Origin: an uncultured bacterium
Lineage (GTDB): Bacteria; Auribacterota; JACPWU01
NCBI GenBank assembly: GCA_964640155.1
Contig: CAZXEQ010000001.1
Span: forward strand, 231,256-263,255
DNA length: 32,000 nucleotides
Direction: 5' to 3'
The translations under genes and the position numbers were made by a program. The notes beneath the pieces are model-generated. The model was not told where the DNA came from. It made no database searches and worked only from the letters and a program-made list of their open reading frames with translations. Position 1 is the first letter of the stretch. Every line of letters starts with the position of its first letter. Below are positions 17,162-27,224 of the stretch, in pieces.

Positions 17162-17266
17162 CTTTGAGAGAGTAGCGGGTCCTGCCGCTCGTCAGGCCCC
17201 ACCGTGCTCACTAAAAGTTGCGCGCGGTGGGGCTCCCCGCCAAGTGTCACCCGCATCTTCAGAAGA
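17162..17266 (-). repeat. Family-1 GC-rich palindromic element, copy 2 (inverted relative to copy 1)
   Basis: gtagcgggtcctgccgctcgtcaggccccaccgtgctcactaaaagttgcgcgcggtggggctccccgccaagtgtcacccgcatc. About 85-90% identical by eye to the reverse complement of copy 1 over an 84-nt core. Confidence 0.85.
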
Positions 17267-17279
17267 ACATAACATCCAA

Positions 17280-17308
17280 TAGACAAACCCCTATCTGTAC
17301 GCTAAAAT
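17280..17308 (+). promoter_or_regulatory. Candidate sigma70-type promoter of nuoJKLMN
   Basis: TAGACA (17280-17285), 17-nt spacer, TAAAAT (17303-17308), 39 nt upstream of the nuoJ ATG. Pattern match only. Confidence 0.4.
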
Positions 17309-17346
17309 ACGCGCAATTTTTATAAATAATAAAAGGCATCCCTTTC

Positions 17347-17847
17347 ATGTTAGAAACAATTCTTTTTTATTCATTTGCCATACTTGCAATCGCAACAGCC
17401 TTGCTTGTTATTTTTTCACGCCATCCTATCTACAGCGTGCTTTTTCTTGTTCTGACCATGTTTGCACTGGCATCCCTTTACATTATGCTCCATGCCTATT
17501 TTATAGCAGCCATTCAAATCATTGTTTATGCCGGAGCTATTCTTGTTCTTTTCCTTTTTGTGGTCATGCTTCTTAATTTAGATCAAGAAGGAGATGATTC
17601 TTTTCGTGTCGGACCCTCTAGATGGTTTGCTATTCCCTTAGGTTTAGCTTTTATTTGTGAACTTTATTTAGTTTTAAGCCATCTCATCCCTTCTAAAGCA
17701 CAAGAAACCTTAAGCGAGGGAACAACTCAAAGTTTAGGATTCCTTCTTTTTTCAAAACATCTTTTACCTTTCGAAGTTATTTCGTTTCTTCTTCTATCCG
17801 CTATTTTAGGAACAACGGTATTGTCCAAGAGGAATTGGCAATCATGA
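17347..17847 (+). CDS. nuoJ: NADH-quinone oxidoreductase subunit J
   Basis: 166-aa hydrophobic protein of NuoJ length and pattern, first of a J-K-L-M-N series. Its stop overlaps the nuoK ATG (ATGA). Confidence 0.88.
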   Translation: MLETILFYSFAILAIATALLVIFSRHPIYSVLFLVLTMFALASLYIMLHAYFIAAIQIIVYAGAILVLFLFVVMLLNLDQEGDDSFRVGPSRWFAIPLGLAFICELYLVLSHLIPSKAQETLSEGTTQSLGFLLFSKHLLPFEVISFLLLSAILGTTVLSKRNWQS

Positions 17848-18146
17848 TCCCACTCAATCATTATTTAATATTAAGTGGGGTTTTATTCGCCATCGGTGTG
17901 ATGGGCGTTTTAATTCGCCGTAATGCGCTTATGATTCTTCTTTCTCTAGAAATCATGCTTAATGCAGCCAATTTATCTTTTGTTGCATTCTCAAGATTTT
18001 TAGGAAATTTAGAAGGTCAAATTTTTGTATTTTTTATTATTACCGTAGCCGCAGCAGAAGTCGCAGTAGGATTGGCTATTTTAATTGTACTTTTTAGAAA
18101 CAAGCGATCTGTGGATACTAATCAGATTAAAATGCTTCGATGGTAA
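17844..18146 (+). CDS. nuoK: NADH-quinone oxidoreductase subunit K
   Basis: 100 aa, [18 protein letters not shown]... with the typical NuoK N-terminus and conserved membrane Glu residues ([18 protein letters not shown]). ATG 17844 preferred over TTG 17835. Confidence 0.9.
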   Translation: MIPLNHYLILSGVLFAIGVMGVLIRRNALMILLSLEIMLNAANLSFVAFSRFLGNLEGQIFVFFIITVAAAEVAVGLAILIVLFRNKRSVDTNQIKMLRW

Positions 18147-20002
18147 CGAATATGGGTTGGATTATTTTATTTTCTCCTTTAATTGCATGCCTTGTGATCA
18201 CACTTGTGACATTGCAAAACAAAAAACTAAGTGGTTTTATTGCCATCTTAGGACTTTTGATTTCTTTTATTTGCTCTGTGAGTGTTTTCTTACAAGCATT
18301 GCATTCCCCTGGCCAAGTCCTTGAATATAACTTAAATTGGATTTCTCTTTGGTCTCTTCAAATTGAATTTGGCATTCTCCTAGATCCCCTTTCTATTCTT
18401 ATGCTTTTAATTGTGACAGGGATTGGAAGCGCTATTTTTATTTATTCTCTGGGGTATATGTCTGAAGATCGAAGTCAACCTCGCTACTTTGCTTCTTTAA
18501 GTCTTTTTGCATTTTCAATGTTGGGCATCATCCTTTCAAACAATTTAATACAAACTTTCATTTTTTGGGAATTGGTGGGAGCTAGTTCTTATCTTTTGAT
18601 TGGCTTTTGGTTTGAAAAAGATTCAGCTGCAGATGCTGGGAATAAAGCTTTCTTGGTCAATCGTGTGGGTGATTTTGGATTTGTGATTGGGATTTTAATG
18701 TGTTGGATGATTTCTGGACTTGGAACAACCCCAAAAACTTTTAATTTTTTAAAAATTGAGCATCTCTTTCCTCAACTCATCAATCAAGGACTTGTCTCTG
18801 CTGGATTATTGACACTTATCGGTCTTCTTATTTTCTGCGGAGTTCTTGGTAAATCGGCACAATTTCCCTTACATGTATGGCTCCCAGACGCCATGGAAGG
18901 CCCCACACCTGTGAGCGCCTTGATTCATGCAGCTACCATGGTCGCTGCTGGCATTTATCTTTTAGCTCGTCTTTTTTTTCTATTTGAAGTTTCACCTGAA
19001 GCAATGCAAATCATTTCCTACGTGGGTGCATTTACAAGTATTTTTGCAGCCAGTCTCGCTCTGGTTCAAAATGATATTAAACGCATTCTTGCTTATTCCA
19101 CGCTTAGTCAATTAGGTCTCATGGTGATGGCGATGGGTTTGGGTGGCAAAACAGCAGGCATGTTTCATCTTGCAACACATGCCTTTTTCAAAGCACTTCT
19201 TTTCTTAGGAGCAGGAAGCATCATTCATGCACTTCACACACAAGATATTTGGAACATGGGAAAACTCTTAAAGAAAATGCCCATTACCTCCATTACTTTC
19301 TTAATTGGGTCTTTAGCTCTTTGCGGTTTTTTCCCATTGAGTGGATTTTGGAGCAAAGATGAAATTTTGCTCACGGCTTATCATAAGAGTTTTTTTCTAT
19401 ATATGATTGCTTCTATCACGAGCTGGATGACTTCCTTTTATATGGCCAGGGCTTGCTTTGTTGCCATTCTAGCTCCCTCTAAAGCCCATCATCATGCCCA
19501 TGAGTCAGGATGGATCATGAAAGGACCTCTGGTCTTTTTAACTTTGGGCGCTTTATTCTCTGGATTCATCGGTATTCCTCACTTCATCACGGGACCTGCT
19601 TCGCAAGGACATGTTTCCATTAATTGGAATATCGCTCTTATTTCTCAAATTTCGGCTCTCACAGCTTTAGTCTTCGCTTATTTTCTTTATATGATTCGAG
19701 ATGGACAAGGAGCCAAAAAATTAAAAGTAATTTTTCATTTCCCCTATCAAATTCTTCATAAGAAATATTTTATCGATGAAATTTATCAATGGATGGTGGA
19801 TCGTGTTCAGCAAACCATCGCCATTCTCTGTAACCTTTTTGATCAAAATGTAATTATTCGTTTTGGAGTAAATGGTACAGCACGCACGACAAGAGCTTGC
19901 GGAGAAATTTTAAGATTTTGTCAAACCGGTCGTGTTCAAACTTATGCACTTGTCTTTTTTGCAGGAATCACCGTAATTATATTTGTGATGATATTGAGAT
20001 AA
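18140..20002 (+). CDS. nuoL: NADH-quinone oxidoreductase subunit L
   Basis: 620-aa antiporter-like subunit ([47 protein letters not shown]). ATG 18152 is an alternative start. Confidence 0.92.
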   Translation: MVTNMGWIILFSPLIACLVITLVTLQNKKLSGFIAILGLLISFICSVSVFLQALHSPGQVLEYNLNWISLWSLQIEFGILLDPLSILMLLIVTGIGSAIFIYSLGYMSEDRSQPRYFASLSLFAFSMLGIILSNNLIQTFIFWELVGASSYLLIGFWFEKDSAADAGNKAFLVNRVGDFGFVIGILMCWMISGLGTTPKTFNFLKIEHLFPQLINQGLVSAGLLTLIGLLIFCGVLGKSAQFPLHVWLPDAMEGPTPVSALIHAATMVAAGIYLLARLFFLFEVSPEAMQIISYVGAFTSIFAASLALVQNDIKRILAYSTLSQLGLMVMAMGLGGKTAGMFHLATHAFFKALLFLGAGSIIHALHTQDIWNMGKLLKKMPITSITFLIGSLALCGFFPLSGFWSKDEILLTAYHKSFFLYMIASITSWMTSFYMARACFVAILAPSKAHHHAHESGWIMKGPLVFLTLGALFSGFIGIPHFITGPASQGHVSINWNIALISQISALTALVFAYFLYMIRDGQGAKKLKVIFHFPYQILHKKYFIDEIYQWMVDRVQQTIAILCNLFDQNVIIRFGVNGTARTTRACGEILRFCQTGRVQTYALVFFAGITVIIFVMILR

Positions 20003-20010
20003 AGGAATTT

Positions 20011-21564
20011 ATGGGATTATTAACTTACATACTTCTTTCTCCCCTTTTGGGAATGTTGGCTATTCTTTTTATGCCTCGAGAGAATGAAAAATGGATTCGC
20101 CGTATTGCATCCATCGCAACCCTTGTGCCATTGACACTCTCTATTTTAGTCTGGGTAAAATATGATCGTATTTTAGGCGGATATCAATTCATTGACCATA
20201 TTGCATGGCTTCCTTCTTTGGGCATTTCCTATCAAGTGGGCGTGGATGGCATTGGAGTCGTAATGCTTCTTCTTCAAGGTTTCTGTGCCTTTACAGCTGT
20301 TCTAGTTTCTTACTCTATTAAAAACAGAGTTAAAGAATATTTCATCTTTTTCCTAGCCCTCATCGCCAGTATTTATGGAGTTTTCATGTCTCTGGATTTA
20401 TTTTTCTTCTATTTCTTTTATGAAATGGCTGTCATCCCCATGTATCCCCTCATTGGAATTTGGGGTAGCACCAACAAAGAATATGCCACCATGAAATTGA
20501 CGCTTTATATTTCAACCGGTGCTGTATTGGCTTTTGTCGCTCTTTTAGTTTTATATTTTTCTACAGGAATTTCCTCTTTTAATTTAATTGAATTGGAAAA
20601 ACATTTAACTGCACATCCACTGAGTCCTCAGCTTCAAAGATTTCTCTTTCCTATTTTGATGGTGGGGTTTGGTGTCATCACTTCGCTTTGGCCTTTCCAT
20701 ACATGGTCTCCCATGGGTTATGCAGCAGCTCCTTCTGCGGTGAGTATGCTTCATGCAGGTGTCCTTAAAAAGTTGGGCGCCTTTGCCATTATTCGAATTG
20801 CCATCAATCTTTTACCTGAGGGGGCCCAATATTGGTCCAATACTTTAGCAACCTTGGCTGTCATCAATATTATCTATTGCGGATGGGTCGCCATGGCTCA
20901 AAAAGATATGAAATTTATTGTCGGATATTCTAGTTGCAGTCATATGGGATATGTACTTTTAGGGATCTCCTGCTTGAATCCCAATGGGCTCAATGGTGCA
21001 GTGCTTCTTATATTCTCTCATGGCATTATGGCTGCCTTGACGTTTGCCCTGATTGGTTTTTGCTATGAGCAAACACATACCCGAATGGTTTCTGAACTAG
21101 GAGGTTTAGCTAAAAAACTCCCATTCATTGCGACTTGTTTTAGCATTGCAGCCATGGCCTCCAGTGGACTTCCTGGATTTGCTAATTTTGTTGCTGAAAT
21201 CATGATTTTCTTAGGAGCCTGGGAAAGTAGACCTTTTTTTAGCATTCTTGCTATTTTTGGAATTGTCATCACAGCCACTTATCTTTTAAGAATGCTACGC
21301 CATGTCTTTTTTGGCCCCCTCAATCCTAAGTGGTCAGAGCTTCAAGATGCAAAAACTATTTTTCAGAAATTACCTTTTAGCTTGTTGATTGCAGCTCTTA
21401 TTCTGATTGGATTTGTGCCTTCTCTTCTCACACGCATTATTGATGATTCGACTCATTTGATTTTTGAACGTTCATCAAAAACAGTAGAAAGAATTTTGGT
21501 TCAAAACAATTCAACAAACTCTTCTCCTGAAACAACAATCGCACCCGAGGGTTTATGGGTATAG
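20011..21564 (+). CDS. nuoM: NADH-quinone oxidoreductase subunit M
   Basis: Antiporter-like subunit. ATG 20011 (MGLLTYILLSPLLG) has AAGGA upstream. The track extension to 19897 overlaps nuoL. Confidence 0.9.
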   Translation: MGLLTYILLSPLLGMLAILFMPRENEKWIRRIASIATLVPLTLSILVWVKYDRILGGYQFIDHIAWLPSLGISYQVGVDGIGVVMLLLQGFCAFTAVLVSYSIKNRVKEYFIFFLALIASIYGVFMSLDLFFFYFFYEMAVIPMYPLIGIWGSTNKEYATMKLTLYISTGAVLAFVALLVLYFSTGISSFNLIELEKHLTAHPLSPQLQRFLFPILMVGFGVITSLWPFHTWSPMGYAAAPSAVSMLHAGVLKKLGAFAIIRIAINLLPEGAQYWSNTLATLAVINIIYCGWVAMAQKDMKFIVGYSSCSHMGYVLLGISCLNPNGLNGAVLLIFSHGIMAALTFALIGFCYEQTHTRMVSELGGLAKKLPFIATCFSIAAMASSGLPGFANFVAEIMIFLGAWESRPFFSILAIFGIVITATYLLRMLRHVFFGPLNPKWSELQDAKTIFQKLPFSLLIAALILIGFVPSLLTRIIDDSTHLIFERSSKTVERILVQNNSTNSSPETTIAPEGLWV

Positions 21565-22982
21565 ATTTTTTAAACATCTTTTCTCATTTTAGAATTGAAT
21601 TGGCCTTAAGTGCCGGAATACTCATTTTTCTTGTTTTGGATCTTTTCTTCAAAGAAAGGGGGAAACTGGGGAGTTGGTGCATCAGTTTGGTGAGCTTTCT
21701 TTTTGTCCTTCAAATTTTTAATTGGGGAAATGAAGGTGTTTTCTTTTCGGGGAGTTTTCTTCAGGATAAACTATCTCATCTCTTTAAAATCTTTTTTCTC
21801 CTCACAACATTTTTTATTTTAATCATGTCTCAAAATTATATTGAGCGACTTGAGCGTGGCCAAGCCGAGTTCTATCTTCTAATTCTTTTGGCTGCTTTAG
21901 GCATGATTTTCATGGCGTCCGCTGGCAATTTTATTCTCCTCTTTGTTTCCTTAGAACTTATCACCGTTTCTTTCTACATTATGACCGCTTATTTAAGAAC
22001 AGATCCTAAATCCACAGAAGCAGGTCTTAAATATTTGATTTTGGGAGCGCTTTCTTCAGGTTTTCTCCTTTATGGCATCAGTTTCATTTATGGCATCACC
22101 GGTAGTACCAATTTTGCTTCCATCACCGAATATTTATTACGGGAAGGATTCTCTTCAAAAGGAGTTCTTTTCGGTTTCCTTCTGATTCTTTCAGGAATCG
22201 GATTTAAAATTGCTTCTGTCCCCTTTCAATTTTGGGTACCGGATGTCTACGAGGGAGCACCCACACCTGTCACAGCTTTTTTATCTGTAGGATCTAAAAC
22301 AGCTGGCTTTTTGTTTTTCTTAAGAGTCTTGCATCTTTTCCCCCATTTTGAACATGAAAAAGCATTGCTTCTCAGCGTGCTTTCAGCAATGACATTGATT
22401 TATGGAAATTTAGGTGCTCTTCCTCAAAAGAATATTAAACGTTTACTTGGGTATTCCAGCATTGGACATGCAGGATATCTTTTAATGGGCTTAGCGTCAG
22501 GTTCACCCTTAGGAACAACTGGAGTTATTTACTATCTATTCTCTTATCTTTTTACAAACCTGGGAGCCTTTCTTGTTGTTACTCTTGTTTCCAAAAATTC
22601 TGACACTGATGAAATAAGCCATTTCTCTGGCCTTTCTGTGCGATCTCCTCTTCTTGCAGCTGGAATGCTTATCGCACTCATGAGTTTAGCGGGGGTGCCT
22701 CCTCTTTCTGGTTTCTTTGGAAAATTTCTTTTAATCAGTTCTGTCGTTCAAAAAGGAATGATCTGGCTTGCCATTATTGGGGCTTTAAGTGTGGTCGTTT
22801 CTCTTTATTATTATCTGATGATCGTCAAACAAATGTATTTGGATAAACCCATAGCAGATCATACGATTCCAATCAATCCCCTCACCAAAGCAGCTATCTA
22901 TTTATCAATCTTCGGAATTATCTTCCTCGGAGTTTTCCAAGCACCACTGATGAGATTGATTGCTACAACTATCAATCAATAA
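21555..22982 (+). CDS. nuoN: NADH-quinone oxidoreductase subunit N
   Basis: 475-aa antiporter-like subunit (KIASVPFQFWVPDVYEGAPTPVTAFL), overlapping the nuoM stop by 10 nt. Confidence 0.9.
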   Translation: MGIDFLNIFSHFRIELALSAGILIFLVLDLFFKERGKLGSWCISLVSFLFVLQIFNWGNEGVFFSGSFLQDKLSHLFKIFFLLTTFFILIMSQNYIERLERGQAEFYLLILLAALGMIFMASAGNFILLFVSLELITVSFYIMTAYLRTDPKSTEAGLKYLILGALSSGFLLYGISFIYGITGSTNFASITEYLLREGFSSKGVLFGFLLILSGIGFKIASVPFQFWVPDVYEGAPTPVTAFLSVGSKTAGFLFFLRVLHLFPHFEHEKALLLSVLSAMTLIYGNLGALPQKNIKRLLGYSSIGHAGYLLMGLASGSPLGTTGVIYYLFSYLFTNLGAFLVVTLVSKNSDTDEISHFSGLSVRSPLLAAGMLIALMSLAGVPPLSGFFGKFLLISSVVQKGMIWLAIIGALSVVVSLYYYLMIVKQMYLDKPIADHTIPINPLTKAAIYLSIFGIIFLGVFQAPLMRLIATTINQ

Positions 22983-23003
22983 TTTCTACAAAATGTGTTG
23001 ATT

Positions 23004-23199
23004 GATTCGGGTGACCAACGAATTCTAGTCATGAATGATCGTACTCGAGTGAAAGTAACAAAAGAAAAGACACCCCATTCAGATTCATTCAAAGATGAAT
23101 CAATCACGATTAGAAATCAAATTTCTTATGGGCGTTGGAATACGTACGAGAGAAGAGAGTGAATGACTTTCGTTGGGCAGGACCCGATTCTTTTTGAAG
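23004..23199 (+). repeat. Expanded (196-nt) variant of the family-1 element: family-1 termini around a different AT-rich interior that is itself palindromic
   Basis: Left end gattcgggtgaccaacg, right end cgttgggcaggacccgattCTTTTTG. Internal pairs agtcat (23027-32) / atgact (23163-68), and an apical hairpin gattcat...atgaatc (23082-23101). Lies between convergent nuoN and leuD. Confidence 0.7.
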
Positions 23200-23228
23200 A
23201 GATACAACTACAACGAATAAATTAATTT

Positions 23229-23861
23229 CTATCTCTGCACGTTATGATGCTTTTCAAACGCAGTAATATCCTTCTCATGTTGAAGCGTAATACCAATATC
23301 ATCTAAACCATGAATCAGGCGATGTTTGATGGCAGGATCGATTTCAAAATGAAATGAGATTTCTTCAGATAAGTGGAGGGTAACACTCTGATGTTCAAGA
23401 TTCACAGAAGCTTCCAAGCCCTTGAATCGAGATACCATTTGAAAGATTTCTTCAACTTCGGCTTCTTTTAACTCAATCGTCAAAAGACCATTTTTTAAAC
23501 TGTTATTTCTAAAAATATCTGCAAAGCCAGGAATAAAACTTCCATCACGGTCAACACTGGGTGCAATTACCACATGAAAACCGTACTGGTCAATGGCCCA
23601 TACCGCATGTTCACGACTTGAACCACAACCAAAATTATTCCGAGCCACTAAAATCGTAGCACCTTTAAAACGATCTTCATTCAATTCAAACTTTGGATTA
23701 AGTTTTCCATCAGGCAAATATCTCCAATCATGAAAAAGATGTTCACCAAAACCCGTACGCGTAATCTTTTTCAAGAATTGTTTAGCAATAATCTGATCTG
23801 TATCCACATTGGCTTTGTCCAATGTTGCGATCAAACCCCGATGATTTTTAAATGATTTCAT
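23229..23861 (-). CDS. leuD: 3-isopropylmalate dehydratase small subunit
   Basis: [31 protein letters not shown] is a typical LeuD N-terminus. ATG 23861 lies 6 nt after the leuC stop. The track start at 23876 is a TTG. Confidence 0.92.
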   Translation of the reverse strand: MKSFKNHRGLIATLDKANVDTDQIIAKQFLKKITRTGFGEHLFHDWRYLPDGKLNPKFELNEDRFKGATILVARNNFGCGSSREHAVWAIDQYGFHVVIAPSVDRDGSFIPGFADIFRNNSLKNGLLTIELKEAEVEEIFQMVSRFKGLEASVNLEHQSVTLHLSEEISFHFEIDPAIKHRLIHGLDDIGITLQHEKDITAFEKHHNVQR

Positions 23862-23866
23862 TTCTA

Positions 23867-25267
23867 TTATTTCCAATTTCTTATATCGACAAAATGTCCA
23901 GCGATAGCAGCCGCAGCAGCCATTTCAGGACTGACCAAATGCGTACGTCCACCTTTGCCCTGACGACCTTCAAAATTTCTGTTCGAAGTAGAAGCAGAGC
24001 GCTCTTGAGGCTTCAATTGATCTGGATTCATTCCCAAACACATGCTGCAACCTGCAAAACGCCATTCGCATCCTGCTGCTAGAAAAATCTCATGCAATCC
24101 TTCTGATTCAGCTTGATGGCGAACCTTTTCGGATCCAGGAACAATGAGGGTTTTTACATTCTTAGCAACTTTCTTACCCTTGAAAATCTTAGCCGCAGTT
24201 CTCAAATCCTCGATACGCCCATTCGTACAACTTCCAATAAAAACAGTATCTACTTTAATATCTTCCATGGGCATACCAGGTTTAAGACCCATATATTCTA
24301 ATGCCTGTTCCACATCTTTCTTAGCATAACCCGGAACACGATCTGGCTCAGGGACACGGTTGGTAATATCTGTAACCATTCCCGGACTAGTTCCCCAAGT
24401 CACTTGAGGAGCCAATGCTGATGCATCCATATGAAGTTCACGATCAAATTTTGCATCAGGATCCGACGGCAAAGTTTTCCAAAATGCGATCGCTCTTTCT
24501 AGGGCTTCTGCTTTTGGTGCAAAGGGCCGCTCTACTTTTCTAAAATAATCAAAAGTGATTTCATCAGGCGCAATCAAACCAGCCCTGGCACCTGCTTCAA
24601 TACTCATATTGCAAACAGTCATGCGTGCTTCCATGGAAAGACTTCGAATGGCTTCTCCCATATATTCCAAAACATAACCGGTTGCACCTGCTGTTCCAAT
24701 TTGGCCAATCAGTTTTAAAATCATATCTTTGGCCGTAACATAAGGCTTTAACTTTCCAGAAAATTCTACTTTGAAAGTTTTGGCTTTTTTCTGAGGCAAA
24801 CATTGCGTGGCCAGCACATGCTCCACTTCCGAGGTTCCAATTCCAAAAGCCAAAGCCCCAAACGCCCCATGCGTAGATGTATGAGAATCTCCGCAAACAA
24901 TAGTCGTTCCAGGAAGCGTAATCCCGAGTTCTGGGCCAATGACATGCACAATTCCCTGGCGATCACTCCCAAGCTCATAAAGCGTAATTCCAAATTCTTT
25001 GCAATTTTTGGAAAGGGCTTCGATTTGAGCCTTTGAAATAGGGTCTTTAATTTCAGAACGAGAATCAGTTGGAACATTATGATCCATCGTGGCAAAAGTA
25101 AGCTCTGGACGACGTGCTTTTCGGTGTGTCATACGAAGTCCATCGAAAGCTTGAGGGCTTGTCACTTCATGCACCAAATGCCGATCAATATAGATCAGTA
25201 CTGTACCATCAGGTAAAGTACTAACCACATGCTGATCCCAAATTTTTTGAAAAAGTGTTTTTGACAT
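23867..25267 (-). CDS. leuC: 3-isopropylmalate dehydratase large subunit
   Basis: 466-aa aconitase-family protein ([43 protein letters not shown]). Confidence 0.95.
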   Translation of the reverse strand: MSKTLFQKIWDQHVVSTLPDGTVLIYIDRHLVHEVTSPQAFDGLRMTHRKARRPELTFATMDHNVPTDSRSEIKDPISKAQIEALSKNCKEFGITLYELGSDRQGIVHVIGPELGITLPGTTIVCGDSHTSTHGAFGALAFGIGTSEVEHVLATQCLPQKKAKTFKVEFSGKLKPYVTAKDMILKLIGQIGTAGATGYVLEYMGEAIRSLSMEARMTVCNMSIEAGARAGLIAPDEITFDYFRKVERPFAPKAEALERAIAFWKTLPSDPDAKFDRELHMDASALAPQVTWGTSPGMVTDITNRVPEPDRVPGYAKKDVEQALEYMGLKPGMPMEDIKVDTVFIGSCTNGRIEDLRTAAKIFKGKKVAKNVKTLIVPGSEKVRHQAESEGLHEIFLAAGCEWRFAGCSMCLGMNPDQLKPQERSASTSNRNFEGRQGKGGRTHLVSPEMAAAAAIAGHFVDIRNWK

Positions 25268-25329
25268 AAGGAGGATAGTGTACCTAAAAAAATATGGTTC
25301 GTATATCGTATTTTTAGGTCATTTTACAC

Positions 25330-26700
25330 TTATTTTTGATTAGCTAAGCCTTCCAAAAAATGTACCATGCTTAAAATTCCCTTATGAAAATTCTCAAGGT
25401 TTAACTTCTCATTAGGAGCATGTGCATTTTCATCAGGCAGGCCAAAACCCAGAAGAACACAGGGTTTCTTCAAAACTTCAGAGATAGTTCTTACAAAAGG
25501 AATGGTACCCCCTTCACGAATAAAATAAGTTTTCTTACCAAAGGCTTTTTCTAAAGCATGTTGCGCCACTTTTAAAACGGGCTGATCCATATCTTCCAAA
25601 AATGCTTTGGATCCGTGATGTTCGGTTACTTTAACTCGAACTGTTTTAGGTGCAATGCTTTCAACATATTTCTTAAAACATTTCGAAATTTTCTTGGGAT
25701 CTTGATCAGGAACCAAGCGCATGCTGATTTTCGCACTTGCTTTAGCTGGAATAATGGTTTTAGACCCTTCCCCACTAAAACCCCCAAAAATTCCATTTAC
25801 ATCCAAGGTAGGCCTTGCCCAGATTCTCTCTAAAGGGACATAACCTTTTTCTCCTGTCAACTCAGGCACCCCAGTCAACTTCAAAAATTTCTTATCCGAA
25901 TAAGGAAGACTGCGAAGCATTTTCTTTTCCTTGGTAGATAAGGCCCAAACATCATCATAAAATCCAGGAATCAAAACTTTTCCATTTTTATCTTTCAACT
26001 GGGCTAGAATTTTAGCCAAAGCAAGTGCTGGATTATCCACAACCCCACCCCAAATACCCGAATGCAAATCCTGAAAAGGTCCACTTACTTCTAGCTCTAC
26101 ATAACAAAGACCCCGCAAGCCATAACAAACAGAAGGCATCCCTTTATCCAACATTGGAGTATCTGAAATCACAATCGTGTCAGCTTTAAGCAACTCTTTA
26201 TGTTTTTTCAAAAATGTATTTAAACTTGGGCTTCCTATTTCCTCTTCACCCTCTATAAAAATTTTGACATTGACTGGCAATTTCCCTCGAGTTTTTAAGA
26301 AGGCTTCTACTGCTGAAAGATGAATATAAACCTGCCCCTTATCATCAATCGCTCCGCGCGCGAATAATTCTCCATTACGAATCGTCGGTTCAAAAGGAGG
26401 TGTAACCCATTCATTCAAGGGATCTACGGGTTGAACATCATAATGACCATAAATCAAAACGGTAGGTTGACCTGGAGCATTAAGCCACTCTCCATAGACA
26501 ATGGGGTGACGCTCTGTTTTAAAAACTTCTACACAATCCAAGCCCCAATTTTTAAGTTTTTCAGCAATAAAATCAGCACACCGCGCCACTTCTTGAACAT
26601 GATTTGGACTCACACTGATGCTTGGAATTCTTAAACATGCATTTAAATTTTCAATAAACTCTTTTTGATGCGTATTGACATAGGAAAGGACTTCTTGCAT
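25330..26700 (-). CDS. M20-family metallopeptidase (dipeptidase / ArgE-DapE-like)
   Basis: GHYDVQP, ARGAIDDKGQ and EGEEEIGS metal-ligand motifs. 456 aa. Confidence 0.85.
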   Translation of the reverse strand: MQEVLSYVNTHQKEFIENLNACLRIPSISVSPNHVQEVARCADFIAEKLKNWGLDCVEVFKTERHPIVYGEWLNAPGQPTVLIYGHYDVQPVDPLNEWVTPPFEPTIRNGELFARGAIDDKGQVYIHLSAVEAFLKTRGKLPVNVKIFIEGEEEIGSPSLNTFLKKHKELLKADTIVISDTPMLDKGMPSVCYGLRGLCYVELEVSGPFQDLHSGIWGGVVDNPALALAKILAQLKDKNGKVLIPGFYDDVWALSTKEKKMLRSLPYSDKKFLKLTGVPELTGEKGYVPLERIWARPTLDVNGIFGGFSGEGSKTIIPAKASAKISMRLVPDQDPKKISKCFKKYVESIAPKTVRVKVTEHHGSKAFLEDMDQPVLKVAQHALEKAFGKKTYFIREGGTIPFVRTISEVLKKPCVLLGFGLPDENAHAPNEKLNLENFHKGILSMVHFLEGLANQK

Positions 26701-26726
26701 ATCACTTTAATTCCTTCTAAAAATTT

Positions 26727-26981
26727 CTACCTATAGATTTCTCTACGATGTCCCACCCGATACACTCGGATAAGCTTCGAGGTATCAGCAATTGTATAAA
26801 GAATCCGATAATCTCCTCGACGAATACGATAACCCTCCTGGCCCGACAATTTTTTTGATCCGATAGGACGAGGATTTTCTTGAAGCGAATCTAGAGCTAG
26901 CCAAACCTTTTTAACGATCTCCTCTGGAAGTTCGAAAATCTCTTTTTTGGCTTTTGCTTCAATTTGAATACGATATTTCAA
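26727..26981 (-). CDS. Type II toxin, RelE/ParE superfamily
   Basis: 84 aa: ...GYRIRRGDYRILYTIADTSKLIRVYRVGHRREIY. TTG start overlapping the antitoxin stop (TTGA). Confidence 0.8.
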   Translation of the reverse strand: MKYRIQIEAKAKKEIFELPEEIVKKVWLALDSLQENPRPIGSKKLSGQEGYRIRRGDYRILYTIADTSKLIRVYRVGHRREIYR

Positions 26982-27211
26982 ATTCGCCCCTTCTTCTTTA
27001 ACTCTCTTTTAACATCATCCCAATTATAGAAAGTAGCGCCTTCCTTCTCGGCTTCTTGAAGATCGTACGCATCCAAAATATCTTCTAATTTTTCTCTCAA
27101 AGCAGATTCCACGACAAAATTTTTGCGTAAACCAAACCTTTTACAAACCTGATCTAATGTTTTTGTCACATCTAGAGGAAGTTTAGTCGCAAGCACATGC
27201 AAAGCATGCAT
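26978..27211 (-). CDS. Ribbon-helix-helix type antitoxin
   Basis: 77 aa. N-terminal beta-strand plus two helices (KLPLDVTKTLDQVCKRFGLRKNFVVESALREKL). AAGGAG lies 7 nt upstream of the ATG. Immediately upstream of, and overlapping, the toxin gene. Confidence 0.7.
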   Translation of the reverse strand: MHALHVLATKLPLDVTKTLDQVCKRFGLRKNFVVESALREKLEDILDAYDLQEAEKEGATFYNWDDVKRELKKKGRI

Positions 27212-27224
27212 AAAAAGCTCCTTT

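Noticed and set aside
19897-20010. Upstream extension of nuoM
   Set aside because: It overlaps nuoL by over 100 nt and encodes a Cys/Arg/Asn-rich non-membrane sequence. ATG 20011 with AAGGA is the natural start.
25268-25329. Strong AAGGAGG on the + strand (25268-25274) next to the leuC start, with a 7-codon mini-ORF (ATG about 25288) and an AT-rich 9-bp stem ACCTAAAAA/TTTTTAGGT; considered as a leu leader or attenuator
   Set aside because: The SD-to-ATG spacing (19 nt) is too long, and the peptide (MVRISYF) has no Leu codons. The motif is on the wrong strand for leuC, and one such heptamer per 32 kb is within chance expectation. The AT-only stem is weak.
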